DNA of 64,000 nt from a bacterium (GTDB lineage Bacteria; UBA9089; CG2-30-40-21; SBAY01), in contig JBFLYA010000001.1 in assembly GCA_040757115.1 (NCBI GenBank), forward strand, positions 6,526 to 70,525, written 5' to 3'. This document shows positions 45,001 through 60,000 of the stretch, piece by piece. Position 1 is the first letter of the stretch; each line of letters begins with the position of its first letter. Under the pieces are notes generated by a model. That model was not told the origin of the DNA, did not search any database, and was given only the letters and a program-made list of their open reading frames with translations. Position numbers and translations under genes: made by a program.

Positions 45001-48000
45001 ACTATCGTCCCTACAGAACCCTGCGCTGGTGTTAATTCAATGAGGTTAGGCAGGATAGTAAATGTGGCTATTTGTGAGATGGGATTACCCTGATAAGCAA
45101 TCACTGTTGTCACACCATAAGGTTGTGTATCTACTGTAAATGTGGTTGAGAAACTACCTTCGGCATAGGTTGAGGTCAGGGTCAAAGTCGGTGTTGCACC
45201 AAAGATAATGCAGATTGATTGTGTGGCACCATAACCATTACCCGCTATGGTAACTCTAGAACCTACTGTGCCTGATGTAGGTGTAAATAAAACAATGTTG
45301 GGTAGTATCCTGACCGTTAGGTTATCTGCCCAGCCATCTGAGGCAATCCCTGTTGCCTTAATCGTGGTTGTTCCATAAGCCTGGGTATCAATAGTAAAGG
45401 TAGTAGTCCAGCTACCTTCTGGACTGACTGAAACAGTAGTAATCGTTCGCGTAATTCCAAAATCTATCTGCACTAATTCTGATGCCAGATACCCAACTCC
45501 ACGCAAGGTGACTACCGTTCCTACCGTTCCTTCGGTTGGAGTGATTGAGTCAAGTTGTGGTTTAATCACAAATAAGTTAGAGGCAGATGCCCCTGTCCTT
45601 GTGCCTACCGCAATAATAGTTGTCGTCCCCAAAGATTGCGTATCTACTGTAAATGTAGTTGAGAACGACCCAAAAGCAGTAGAAAGTGTTCGGGCAATAG
45701 TGGGTGTTGTCCCAAATTGAATACAAATCCACTCGGTTGCTCCGTAGCCATTACCATAAACAGTAACCACCCTGCCTACTGTTCCACTCGTTGGAATTGG
45801 ATCAAATATCTGAGGCAGTATCTTGAATGTATTAGTCGCTGGCTCTAATCTGCCATAACCGGTAATCGTAGTAGAACCATACGGTTGTGTATCAACAGTA
45901 AATGAAACCGTAAATGTTCCATCAGCATAAGTTGAAATAAGAGTAATTGTTTCTGTAGTCCCGAAGGCTATCCTGACTGACTCTGTCCCTCCAAACCCAT
46001 CTGCTTTAATGGTTACTACTGTCCCTACTGTTCCTGAAGTTGGACTAACAGAATAAATATGTGACAGGATATAGAATGTTGTTTCCTTCTTATTCACCTC
46101 AAGACTTTGCTTCGCAATAATAGTAGTACTTCCTTGTGGTTGACTATCAACCGTATAATTATAGACAAAGTTACCACTCAAAGTAGTTATAGTAGCCGCA
46201 TTGCCCCAATTTATCTGGACCCGACCAAAGGATATGAATATCTCAACTGAAGAATTATACCCTGTTCCAAGAATACTTATTACTGTCCCTACACTACCTC
46301 GTGTTGGCGTAACCCAGAAATTAGGCATAATCACAAATTGGGTATTGGTGGCTTGTTGATTAATATTTAAATCATTTATTGCCACAATAGTTGTCGTGCC
46401 ATAACCTTGCGTATCTACGGTAAATGTTACGGTAAATGTTCCTGAAGAAGTAGTAGTAACTTGAGCTATCGTATTGGTAGTCCCAAACGCTATCCTCACC
46501 TTAACCGTAGCACCATAACCATTACCATATACCGTCACTATGTTACCTACTGTTCCTGTGGTAGGCGTAATTTGAGTAATATTTGAGGTGATATTGAATG
46601 TTCCGCTATGTGGTTCTTTTGAAGTATTGCCATAGGCAGTAATAGTTGTAATCCCGTAGGGTTGGGTATTAACGGTAAATGTTGTGGAAAAAGTGCCCTT
46701 ACTACTCGCAGTTGAATAAGTAATCGTGGATAATTTACCAAATAGAATTTGCACACCTTCATTCATCCCATAGCCATTACCATAGATAGTCACTATCGTT
46801 CCTACATTACCAAATTGCGGTGTAACTTGAGAAATATTGCCAATAACCTTGAAATATGCTAATGCAGATTCATTAGGTGGATATGGATTAGATGCCGTTA
46901 TAGTAGTTGTCCCATAAGGTTCTTGATTAACGAGTGCAATTTGATCGCTAAAAGTTCCATCTATTGTAGTTGTTCCACTAATTGAAATTTGATAAGTAGA
47001 ACCAAAATATATACTTATATATGCTCCTCCTGAATAACCATTACCGCTTATAGTTACCGTAGTCCCAATTGAACCTGAATTTGGGGTTAACTCAATAATA
47101 TTAGGAGAGATAGTAAATGTGCCTTCATCATAACTTGAGTTTCTACCAGAGGCAACAATTGTCTTTTGCCCAACACTTTGCGTATCAACTGTAAAGGTAA
47201 GGGTAAATGTCCCTTTATTACCCGCAGAGGTTGTAGTTATAGTATTTGATTTACCAAAGTCTATTTGGATATCATCCAACGAGGCATAACCCGTTCCTTT
47301 AATCGTAACTATTGTGCCGACACTACCAGTAATTGGTGATAGATAGATAATATCAGGTATTATCTTAAACTCTGCCGTGCTTGAACCATTACTGCTAATT
47401 CCTGTGGCTAAAATAGTTTTAGAACCATAAGTTTGGGTATCAATGGTAAAGGTAACATTAAACTTAGCATAGACATTATCCGTAGTAGCGGTAGTAATAG
47501 TATTTGTTACCCCAAAATCAATCCTGACCTCTTCACTGGCACCATAGCCATGCCCTTCTACCGTAACTATAAATCCAACCGTCCCATAAACAGCCGGGTT
47601 AACAATAATATTTGGTTTCAAAATAAAGAATTGGCTATCGGTTACTGCTGGAGATATACCTGGATTTATAGCAGTAATCGTTACCGAACCCATAGGATAA
47701 TCTATCATAACCATATTAAGAGAAGAAATTGTAAAACTTCCTCCTCCACTACTCTCTACACTTCCTCTCCCCATCCCATCAAGCTGTCTATTACCAAAAT
47801 CAATTCTTACATTCCAGGTGGCGACAAAACCATTCCCCATAACCGTTATTTTAGTTCCTACGGTTCCAGAAGATGGTGTAACTAAGGTTATATGAGGCAA
47901 AATCTTAAAGTTACCTTCAGCGGTAGTATTAGAATTACTACCTATTGCTTGAATCTGAGTATCTCCATACGGTTGAGTATCAACACTAAATATTACCGTA

Positions 48001-51000
48001 AATGAACCTGAATATTCTGAAGTAGTTGTAGTAATAGTTCGATTAGTTCCAAATAAGATGGATACTACCTCCGTAGGTGCATAACCATCTCCACGCACCG
48101 TAACAAGAGTTCCCACAGTTCCCTCTATAGGTGTAATCAAAGTAAGTTGTCCAACTATGCAGTAGAATGATATATCCGTAGCACCTGTCGATGAGCCAAT
48201 AGCAGTAATGGTGACACTACCGAATGTTTGTGCGATAACTGTGAACACCCCGGTAAATTGTCCTTTGTCATTGGTAGTAGTAGTAGTTACGGTTGTATCT
48301 TTGCCAAAAATAATATTTACCTCCTCAGAACTTCCATAACCATTTCCTGTCACGGTGACTATGTTTCCTACTGAACCTTGTGATGGATTTACGGAAGTTA
48401 TCTTCCCTAAAATAAAGAATGTCCATCTATTATCTTCCTTGTGATAAAATTGTCCTTCAACATAGACAGTTTTTGTTCCATAAGGTTGAGTATCAATTGC
48501 AAATGTAGTTGAAAATGTTCCATCACCAGTTGCATTAGTAGTTATTGTCAAACCAACCCCGAAAACAATCCTTATCTGTTCACCATTTCCAAATCCATCA
48601 CCTCGCACATTAACAGAACTTCCTACTATCCCTCTTGTTGGAGTTACCTCTACTACCTGCACTAATATCTTAAATTCTTTACTCGCTGATTTATTCAAAT
48701 CATTAAATTGAACGCCCGTAACTGTCTTGCTCCCATAATGTTGTGTATCAACAGTAAAGGTAAGGGTAAATGTGCCATCGCTATTAGTTGATATTTGGGT
48801 AATAGTGGGTGTTTTACCAAAGGCAATCCGAATACCAGTTGTGGCATCAAATCCAGTACCAATAACGGTAATCATTGTCCCAACTGTTCCTGATATAGGT
48901 GTAATAATAATCTCAGGACTAATCTTAAAGGAGGTTAATAAACTTGAAGTTGCTCGTTCTTGTGACATTAGACCAACAGCTATAATAGTGGTAGTGCCAT
49001 AAGGTTGAGAATTTATCGTAAAGGTAACTGCAAATGTCCCTAAATCCGTAGAGGTAACAATAGCAATAGTCAATGTTGTCCCAAAATGTATATGAATACC
49101 TTCTGAGATACCAAATCCATTACCTTTTACTGTTACTGAAGAACCAACCGTTCCTGTCTGAGGATTAACATCTATAAGTTGACCTTTAATATAGAAATAA
49201 TTAACTATGGCACTCCCGCCTCCACCATTATCTGTTGCTTCAATAGTTCTACTCCCCGCCGGTTGAACATCAACAGTAAAGGTATAACTAAATGTCCCAT
49301 TTAGATTTGGGATAGGTCTTGATTCTGTCGGGTGGTCTGTAATCCCAAATTTAATATTAACTGCTAGTGAAGCACTAAAACCATTACCTTCTATTGTCAC
49401 CCAGCTACCTACTGTGCCAGATGAAGGAGTAACTGAAATAACCTTTGGTAAAATCTTGAATAGTCGATATGAATATGAACCATATTCCTGACTGGAGGTA
49501 GCACAACTTATAGCTACCTGTGATGTCTGAGTTCCTCTGGCAGTAATAGTGGTTACAAAGGTATAGGCTTGCGTATCCACTGTAAATGCTACCTGGAATT
49601 TACCCTGATAATCAGTTGAACTAAAGGCAATAGTTGGATGAGTGCCAAAATTTACCTCAATATTTTCACTCTTGCCAAAACCATTGCCATAGACTGTAAT
49701 CAAAGTGCCAACACTACCTTTGTTTGGCGAAACTCGATAAATAGCCGGGACAATGGTAAATATCTCCTGGCTACTAGCTCTTGTATTTACATCTCTGGCA
49801 ACAATCGTAGTTGTCCCATAAGGTTGGGTATCTACGGTAAAGGTAACCGAGAAACTACCACCAAACTCACTGGCAGTAGTAGCCGTAATAGTCATCGTCG
49901 TGCCAAATTGTATTTCTACCCGACCATTAAGACTATAACCACTACCATTCACCGTGACCATAGTTCCAACACTGCCGGTAACGGGTGTAATTGAATCAAT
50001 CACTGCTAAGACAGCAAAGTGATTGACCCCTTCTGTCCTACTTGTTTGACCAATAGCAGTAATAGTTCTCGTTCCAGACTGGGTATCAACCGTAAAGGTA
50101 GTAGTAAATGAACCATACCAATTTGAAGATGTCGTAGTAATAGTCTTTGTCGTCCCAAAATGAACATAAATTTCCTCTGAGACATAATATCCATTACCGT
50201 GAATAGTGATGATAGTTCCTACGGTTGCCTGTTGTGGCGTGACCCACTCTACCTGCGGGTTAATTCTAAACAGGAAGAAAGAATCTACATCACCAGCACC
50301 ATGCGGCGCATCTCCATATCCAGTGGTAGTTGTTGTTCCCCACGGTTGAGTATCAATTGTAATTGTCACCGAGAAGGTACCTGATAAATTAGTTGATGTA
50401 ACAATCGCGGTAGTAACTCTACCAAACTCTATCCGAATCGTCTCTGTCGCTTTATATCCTGTCCCTTTAACCGTAACAACTTTACCTACTGTCCCCTCTC
50501 CTGGCTCTACCCAGAGATTTGAAGTAATACACATCGTATTGGTAGCAGAAAGGTCTGACGATTGACCACGAACTACTATTGTTGTTGTCCCATGCGGTTG
50601 AGAATTAACCTCAAAGATAAGACTAATCTGTCCATCTGAATCTGCTGAATCACCTATTATAGGAACTGTAGGTATAGTCCCAAAATTTAGGGTCAAATTT
50701 TCATTAGATTTATAACCATTTCCATATATTGTTATAGACGCTCCTACTGTCCCACGCGAAGGTACAACATTATAAATTCTCGGTATAATAAAGAAACTCT
50801 TCCTGGCGGTAATTTGTTGTGGGTCATCAGTATAAACAACTACTGTCTTAGAACCAGCAGGTTGAACAGTTACATTGTGTGTTATGGTAAAAGAGCCCTC
50901 AGGAGAAACTGCTACTCCTTTTGCCACGCTCGCATCTTCACCAAATTTAATCCATATATTATAATTGGCGGGATAACCATTTCCATGAACAGTAAACATA

Positions 51001-54000
51001 CTTCCTATTATCCCTTGTTGAGGTGTAACATATTCTACTTGTGGCAAAATCTTAAAGGTATGTGTTGCTCGTTCAGAAGAAATAAATCCTATAGCAATTA
51101 TCGTTGTGCTACCATAAGGTTGAGTAGTAATAGTAAATGTCATAGTAAAAGAACCTTCTGCTACTGAAGTAATAGTATTAATAGTAGGATGAGTACCAAA
51201 ATTGATATAAATTAATTCTGTGGCTTTATAGCCATTTCCATATACAGTAATAATATGCCCTACAGTGCCTTGTTGTGGTGTAACAAGAAAGATATTTGCC
51301 TTTATAGTAAATAATTCATCATCTACATTAGCTGTATTTTTATCTACCTCAGAAGCTTTAATCGTCGTTATTCCTGCTGGTTGGGTATCAATCGTAAAAG
51401 TAATCTGAAACACTCCATTAACATCTGTCGTGGCAACAGTGATACTCCGCGTCGAACCAAAATCAATTCTAATCTCTGCTGTTGGACTATATCCAGCACC
51501 ATTTACTGTAATTATAATTCCTACTGTTCCCACCTTAGGATTAATCCACCTGATTCCTGCCTTGACATAAAACCCTATAGAAGCTACTGCCTGTGTTTGA
51601 CTTCCAGTAGCGGTAATAGTTTGTGGACCAACAGGGTATCCTTCAGGAACAGTAAAAGCACTGGTAAATGTACCAAAATTTGTTGTAGTCACAATACCTG
51701 CCGTTATGACGGTAGCTCCAAAAACAATCTTTATCTGTTCAGTTACGCCATATCCAGTTCCTAATATCAATATATCCGAACCTTCTGGTTTCTCCGGAAT
51801 ACTACTTAGAACCTGTTTTGTTTCTGGATCTAAATGCACAAGATGTGGCAATATCTTAAATTGATTAGTCTGTGTAGCATTAGTAATCAATCCTGCCGCC
51901 ATAATTGTTGTTGTCCCATATTTTTGGGTATTAATGGTAAATATAACTGTAAATGAGCCGTATGCAGTCGAGGTAATAAAGGCAATAGAAGAAGTTAATC
52001 CAAAATCAATCTTTATCTTTTCTGTCGCTCCATAACCATTACCCGATACAGTAACATTACTTCCTACTGTTCCTTCAGATGGAGTAACTGAAAATACCTT
52101 AGGTAATATAGAAAACTGGGTATTGCTTGCTGATTCACCTAAATTGCCTATAGCAATGATAGTAGTTGTCCCATATTTCTGAGTATCTACGCTGAAACTA
52201 ATGGTAAATGAACCATATTCAGTAGCGGTTGTAGTAATGATATTTACTGTAGTCCCAAAGTTAATCCTTACTTGTTTAGAGGCAGTAAAACCATTACCTA
52301 TTACAGTAATTTCGCTTCCTACTGTCCCGGATGTTGGTGTAACAGAGGTAATGAAAGGTAGAATAGTAAATGTTCCTTTAGGAAAGTAAGCGTCACTGAT
52401 ACCACCTATTCCATGTGCTTGAATAGTAGTCACTCCATATCCCTGAGTATCAACGGTAAAGGTAGTGGTAAAAGAACCAATCTCATCTGCCGAAATAACT
52501 GTAATAGTTCTAATAGTCCCAAAATGTATCTCTATCCCTTCTGTTACTCCATAACCATTGCCTTTAACAGTAACAATTGTTCCTACTGTTCCTTCTTTTG
52601 GAGATATAGAGAAAATTTGAGGTCTTATCTTAATCGTCCCGTTTTTACCTGCAGAAGCTGCACCTGAATTAAAACCATAACCGTTAACTATGGTATCACC
52701 GTAAGGTTGGGTATCAACAGTAAAGGTACTCGAGAAAGAACCAAACTCACTAGATAGAATAATAGTAATTGTTCTTGAATTACCAAACTGAATTCTTACA
52801 TTTTCATTGGCTCCATAACCATTACCCCTTACCTCTACTACATCTCCTACATAATTCTCAATGCCACCAAGTGTAGGATAAATTATTTTTGCTTTCATAT
52901 ATGTATATGTTCCTGCATTAACACCTGTGGTTAATCCATAAACAGTAATTGTAGTTGTCCCATAGGGTTGAGTATCAATAGTAAATTGCACCGTAAATGA
53001 CCCAAAGGCGGTGGTCTTACGGTCTGTACTTATAGTTATACTTCCTACTGTTCCAAAATGTATCCTTATCGTTTCAGTAGCACCAAAACCATTACCACTT
53101 ATCCCCGCGCCATATCCTTCCCAACAATAATTTTGGTTCCCATAAGTTATCAAATCTGCATCAAGCCAAATAATATTTGGTTTAATCTCAAATGTAGTGG
53201 TTGCTGAGAAACCGTAGGCAACAGATGTAAGTCCAGTTGCTTTGATAGTCGTTGTGCCTGCTGGCTGAGTATTTACCTTGTAACTAACACTAAATGTGCC
53301 GTTTATTGTCGTTGTGCCAATAGTAATGCTCTCAGTCGTCCCAAAATCTATCTGCACATATTCTGACGCCCCAAACCCATCACCAAAGACCGTAATAAGC
53401 CTCCCTACCGTCCCTACTGTCGGCGTAACATAAACCGCCGGGAGGATGGTAAAGGCCTCTACATCTATAACATTAGGAAAACCACTCGTAGTAACTGTAA
53501 TACTTGTTGTACCCACAGGTTGCGTATTTACTGTAAAAGAATAAGTAAAAGTACCATTACTACCCGCAGAATACCACATTTGTTTCATCCCAAAATCAAT
53601 TATTAATGCTTGTCCACCCACATAACCATTTCCTTCTAATGTTACCCACGAACCAACTGTCCCAGAAGAAGGTGAAACCGATGTAATATTCGCCGTTATA
53701 GTAAATGTCCCACTTGCTGATATATTAGTAACACTACCATAAGCATTAATAGTTTTTAAACCATAGTCCTGTGTATCAATAGTAAATGTAGTTGTAAATG
53801 AACCTATATTATCTGTAGTTGTTCTTGTAATTGTAGGATGATTCCCAAATGCGATACGAATTCCCTCAACGCATCCAAAACCATTGCCTTTTAAAGTAAT
53901 AATTGTCCCTACTGTTCCAGATGAAGGTGTAATTAAGATAATATTAGGACAAATCCTATAAAATTCCCACTTTATTTGCCCACCACCATACACTTTAATC

Positions 54001-57000
54001 GTCTTTGTTCCATAGAATTGTGTATCTACGGTAAAGGTAGTTGTAAATGAACCATTGGCATCTGAACTAACCGTTGTAATACTTCCCTTTGTTCCAAAAT
54101 CAATAAATATATCCACACTTGAATTAAATCCATCTCCTTGAACCATAACCAAACTACCGACTGTGCCACTGGTTGGTGTGATAGATATTCTACTGGTAAT
54201 ATTAAATGTGGCGTAAGAGAAATTGCTCGTACCGTTAGTGAAACCGTAAGCAACAATCGTAGTTATACCAATTGACTGAACATTTACTGTAAAACTAACA
54301 CTAAATGACCCGGCTGCTTTTGTCTGAACAGAAGTAATACTTGGAGTTGTCCCAAAATGTATATAAATAGTTTCCGTCGCCCCATAACCATCACCCCAAA
54401 CTGTTACAATAGTTCCTACATTCCCTTCAGTAGGAGTAATCATAAGAATCTTCTGAATTATCTTAAATTCTATATAATTCTCACCTTGGGTTGACAACCC
54501 TGTAGCCTTTATAGATGTAGTCCCAAATCGTTGGGTATCAATAGTAAAGATAGCTGAAAAAGTTCCATTAGCATTACTACTGGCTATAGTTATTGTTCTA
54601 TAATTACCAAAGTTAACTCTTATTTCTTCACTTGCCCCGTATCCATCACCAGTAATAGTAATAATAGTTCCTATGGTTCCAAAAGTAGGAGTAACAGAAG
54701 TAACCTTTGGTAAAATAGTAAAGAGTCTATCTCTTTCGAGACAAATCTTATGTCCATATACATTTGCAGTTCGTGTCCCTAATGGTTGAGAATCAATCGT
54801 AAAACTAGTAGTAAATGTTCCTCCAAGTTTCAAACTTGAATCAGTAATTCCAGTACTCATTATAACCATAATACTTGGTGTTGACCCAAAGTTAATTCTA
54901 ATGGTTTCAGTAGTATCATATCCTGTTCCTGTAATAGAAACAATACTTCCTACTGTACCTCTATCAGGTGTAATAGTAACATCAGGCATAACTTTAAACC
55001 AACTATAGATATATTGCCCTGATGCAAAACCACGCGCAAGCAAGGTTTTAGTGCCGTATGGATACTCTTTTAATGTAAAACTTTGTTCAAAACTTCCATC
55101 ATTACCATTACTCCCAAATACTCCAGTCTGTTGTATCAACTCATCATTAATTACAAAATAAATCCGCATTCCTTCTTCCCCAGAACTAGCACCTTCATTT
55201 CCAAAACCATTACCTCTTACCAAAATAGTATCTCCTACCGTCCCAAAACTTGGAGTAACTAATGTAATATTACCTATTATTCTAAAAGAAGCAGTTCCTA
55301 TTACCTGAGATGTAACTCCCGTAGCTTTAATTTCCTTATTTCCATAAAACTGTTGATTAGATGTAAAAGTAATTGTAAAAGATCCACCAGAAATAGTTTG
55401 AGCAATAACAATTGAAGGTCTATTACCAAAATCAATTTGAACCGACTCATTTGCTTTATATCCTGTCCCATCAATAGTTATAGTAGTGCCTACACTCCCT
55501 ATTGTAGGTGTAACTCTAATTACTGGTGTAATCGTAAAAGACCCTACACATAACATACTTATCTTTCCTTCAACTTCGATAGTAGTAGTTCCATAAGGTT
55601 GAGTATTGATAGTAAATGTAATTGAAAAAGTACCACTTGCACTTGTAGTAGTAGTCGTAATAGTTCGAGTATTACCAAAACCTATTCTAATCTCATCAGC
55701 TGCCCCATATCCATTACCTTTTAGAGTAACGCAACTCCCTACACTACCAGAAATTGGCGTTATTTCAATAATATTAGCCAGTATCTTAAAACTTTGTGTC
55801 CCAAAATGTCCAGAACTAACACCTAAAGCTAAAACAGTAGTACTCCCATAAGGTTGTGGAATATTTATAACAAATGATTTAGAAAATGTTCCATAACTAT
55901 TAGATGTAAGATCCGAAGATTGAACTACATGCGGTTCTGTCCCAAAATCAATTTGAATTCCTTCACTTTTACCAAATCCATTACCCCTAACTGTAATTGT
56001 AGTCCCTATTGTACCTAAGGTAGAAGTAATCATAATCTTCCCTATCACTATAAAAATCTCTGATGTAAATTCTGTTGGATCACTTACATTAGTCGCAGTT
56101 ACCGTAGTAGTTGCAGGTTGTTCTTGAATAGTAAATGTAGTAGTAAAAGACCCCGTATTATCTGTAGTAGCCTGAGTGATTGTTCTAATATCTCCAAAAT
56201 CAACTCGAACTAATGTATTTGTCGCATATCCAATTCCATTTATTGTTACTATAGTCCCTACTGTCCCATTATTAGGTTGAAGGCTAATCCTTGGTGCAAC
56301 TATAAAATAACTTTCTCCATAAATATTATTTGTAAGTCCCCAGGCAACTATCGTTTTCCTCCCTGAAAATTGTCCTAATGGCACAGTAAAGGTAGTACTA
56401 AATGTACCTCCTAAACCATCAGCAAAATCTACAATTCCACTACTTGTAACAATAGCAATAGTTGAAATATCACCAAAATGAATATGAATAACCTCTTCTA
56501 ATCCATAACCATTACCTTTTATAAGTACTCTTGTAATCCCAGGAGGACCAGATTGAGGAGATATTAAAATTATATTTGGTAGAATTGTAAAATAATTAAC
56601 TGCTAATTTCTCACCAGGATCCCAACCTTTTACTTCAACAGTCTTTGTCCCATATGGCTGAGAATCAACAGTAAATATAATACTAAATGTACCATAAGCA
56701 GAAATTTCTTCATTCACTGTGCTCTTGTAAAAATTGTTTCCAAAATTTAATGTCATTGAATCATTGGAAGAATACCCATCACCTTTTACAGTCACATATG
56801 TCCCTACTGTACCAGATGAAGGAGTTACTATTTTAACCCTTGGCGTAATAAAAAACCACTCCATTGTATGTGTCCCCAGCGGACCTGAAATCGCCGATGT
56901 CCCACACTGCATCCCATAGGCATTTAGTGTAGTCAAACCATAGGGTTGGGTATCGATACTAAATTGAACTGTAAATGACCCCATGACATCGGTTGTTGTC

Positions 57001-60000
57001 AACGCTATCGTCTTATTTGTCCCAAAGATTATCCGAATTTGCTCATTAGCCATATAACCATTACCCTGCAAGATTACCAGTGTATCTACGGTCCCGGTAG
57101 TTGGCGTGAACGAAATTATCCGCTGACGAATATGGAAATAATAAATAGCCGATGTCCCTGTCCTTATTCCAAACCCGGTAATCGTTGTCGTGCCATAAGG
57201 TTGGGTAGTAACTGTAAATGTGGTCGTGAATGAACCAAATTTAGTCGAAGTTATTGTCGTCACGGTCTTTGAAGTCCCAAAGAGGATATGCACCATCTCC
57301 GACGCCCCATAACCATTACCAGAAACCGTCACCATACTCCCTACCGTGCCTATGGTTGGGGTAACAAAGACAATCCGTGGCTGGATGGTTAATGTCTGGG
57401 TAGCAAAGACTGTTTCCTCAGGGATATTAACATCCGTTGCCTTAATCGTAGTCGTTCCAAAAGGCTGGGTGTCAATGGTAAAGGTAGTGGTGAACGACCC
57501 TTCGGCATAGGTTGAGGTAGTCTGAATAGTAACAATTGTCCCAAAATCTATTCTTATTAAATGCGTCGCCCCAAATCCATTACCGCGTAAAGTGATTATA
57601 GTCCCTACCGTGCCATAATTCGGTGAGACAAGTATAATATTCGGCAGAATCTTTAATCTGTTACTGGCGTTGACGGTTTCATCCTGACTGTAGGCAATAA
57701 TCGTAGTTGTGCCAAACGGTTGTGTATCAATAGTAAATGTGGTTGTCCATGTCCCTTCAGCATAAGTTGATGTTGTCTGAATAGTCCGCGTAGTCCCAAA
57801 TTCAATCCGCACCGTTACCGATGCCTCATACCCTGTCCCACGAATAGTAATAATAGTGCCCACCGTTCCTTGCGTGGGAGTAACATAGAATAATTCTGGT
57901 AAAATTGTAATCGTGCCATACGCCTTTATCCCAATATCATCCTGATGAACAGTAATTGTCTTTAGACTATACGGCTGACTATCTATCGTAAATGTGGTTG
58001 TCCATGACCCTTCTGCATAAGTCGAAGTTGTCTGAATAGTGCTATTTGTCCCAAATTCTATCCTGACCGTATTTGAAGCACTATAGCCATTGCCACTGAT
58101 AGTAATTACTGTGCCTACTGTCCCTGAAGTTGGTGAGATATAGATAATATTTGGTAAGATAGTCGTGCTACCATAAGCCACTACTACCCCCACCGCAAAT
58201 TCTATATCTTCTGCCATAATCGTTGTCGTCCCATACGGCTGGGTATCTATGGTAAATGTGGTTGTCCATGAACCTTCAGCATAAGTCGAGGTTGTCTGAA
58301 TAGTCTGAGTCCTCCCAAAATCTATCCGAATCGTATGTGATGCCCCATAACCATTACCCCTAACCGTGATTATACTTCCTACCGTTGCCTGTTTAGGTGT
58401 AACTAAAATGATATTGGGCAGAATAGTAAATGTGCCATCTGATTTTATACCTATATTATCTTGATGTGCGGTGATAGTTGTAATCCCATATCTTTGTGTA
58501 TCAATGGTAAAGGTGGTAGTAAATGAGCCGTGGAGTGTGCTTGTCACCATCACGATAGTAGGTGTAGTGCCAAAGGCTATGCGTATCGATTTTGATGTGC
58601 TATAACCATTCCCACTGACTGTAACCTTTGTTCCCACCGTTCCTTCTTGAGGGAAAATCCAGATAATATTTGGCTGGATAGAGAAGGATAGGTCATCATC
58701 CGAAATCGTAGATTCTGTTCCGTAAGCAATGATAGTAGTCGTTCCATAAGGCTGAGTATCTACGGTAAATTTAACTGTAAACGACCCAAGCCCATTGACA
58801 TGAGTGGTAGTAATCGTCCGTGTCGTTCCAAAATGTATGGCTACTGTCTCCGATGTCTTATAACCATTTCCTTTAACCGTAACCCAACTTCCTACTGTGC
58901 CTGTAGTTGGTGTAACCGAAATAATCCGTGCTATAATCGTGAAATAATCCCAGTTTAAAACACCTGTTACACTTCCCACCGCCGTAATAGTTGTTGACCC
59001 ATACATCTGTGTATCGACGCTAAACCAGGTCGTAAATGAACCATAAGCCTCAGTAGTTGTTGTATTTATTGTCTTAGTTGTCCCAAAATGTATATAAATC
59101 TTCTCCGTCGCACCAAATCCATTACCTCTAACCGTAATCCTATCTCCCACTACACCAGTTAGAGGCGTAACCAAAATAATCCTGGGTAAAATACTCACTG
59201 TCCCTTCTGCCTGGATATGCGGGTCATATCCATGGGCAATTACCGTTGTCGTTCCATAAGGCTGGGTAGTAATGGTAAAGGTGGTGGTAAATGACCCTTC
59301 GTAGGCAGAGGTGACAAATTGGATACTGGAAGTCGTCCCAAATTCTATCATCACCGTATCTGATGCCTCATAACCATTACCAGAAATAGTAATTACTGCC
59401 CCGACGGTGCCTGATTTGGGTGTAATCTGAATAATATTTGGTAAGATGGTATAAGTTCCAACAGCCTCTTCACTACCATGTGCCTTAATCGTAGTAATCC
59501 CCCACGGCTGGGTATCAATGGTAAAGGTAGTAGTAAAACTACCGTATTCCTGGGTTGAGGTAAACTGAATACTTGTAGTTCTGCCAAAATCTATGGTTAC
59601 GGTTTTTGAGGCGCCAAATCCATTACCGCTGACCGTCACTATTGAACCTACTGTGCCTGATTTAGGAGTAATCAAGATAATATTGGATTCAATACTCAAT
59701 GACCCGTAACGATGTAAATCCTGGTCATCACCATGAGCACCAACCGTAGTTGTCCCATAAGGTTGCGTGTCTATTGTCCAGGTAGTGGTAAATGACCCCT
59801 CAGCATAAGTCGAAGTTATCTGAATAGTCCTATTTGTCCCAAATTCTATCCGTATCGTCCTTGAAGCAGCATAACCATTCCCGGCAATAGTAATTATTGA
59901 ACCTACTGTTGCTGATTTAGGTGTAATCAGGATAATATTGGGTAGAACGGTTATCGTCCCTTCACAATGCAGGTTCTGGTCATCACCATGGGCTTTGACA

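Noticed and set aside
1436-59587. The 14 short minus-strand ORFs in the track, such as 1436-1642, 27617-27841 and 36650-36904
   Set aside because: All lie in one off-frame (codon start position leaves remainder 2 on division by 3, whereas the true coding frame starts at positions divisible by 3). They are Leu/Gln/His-rich low-complexity products of reading the repeat out of frame. Their sharing a single frame is itself evidence for the one real frame.
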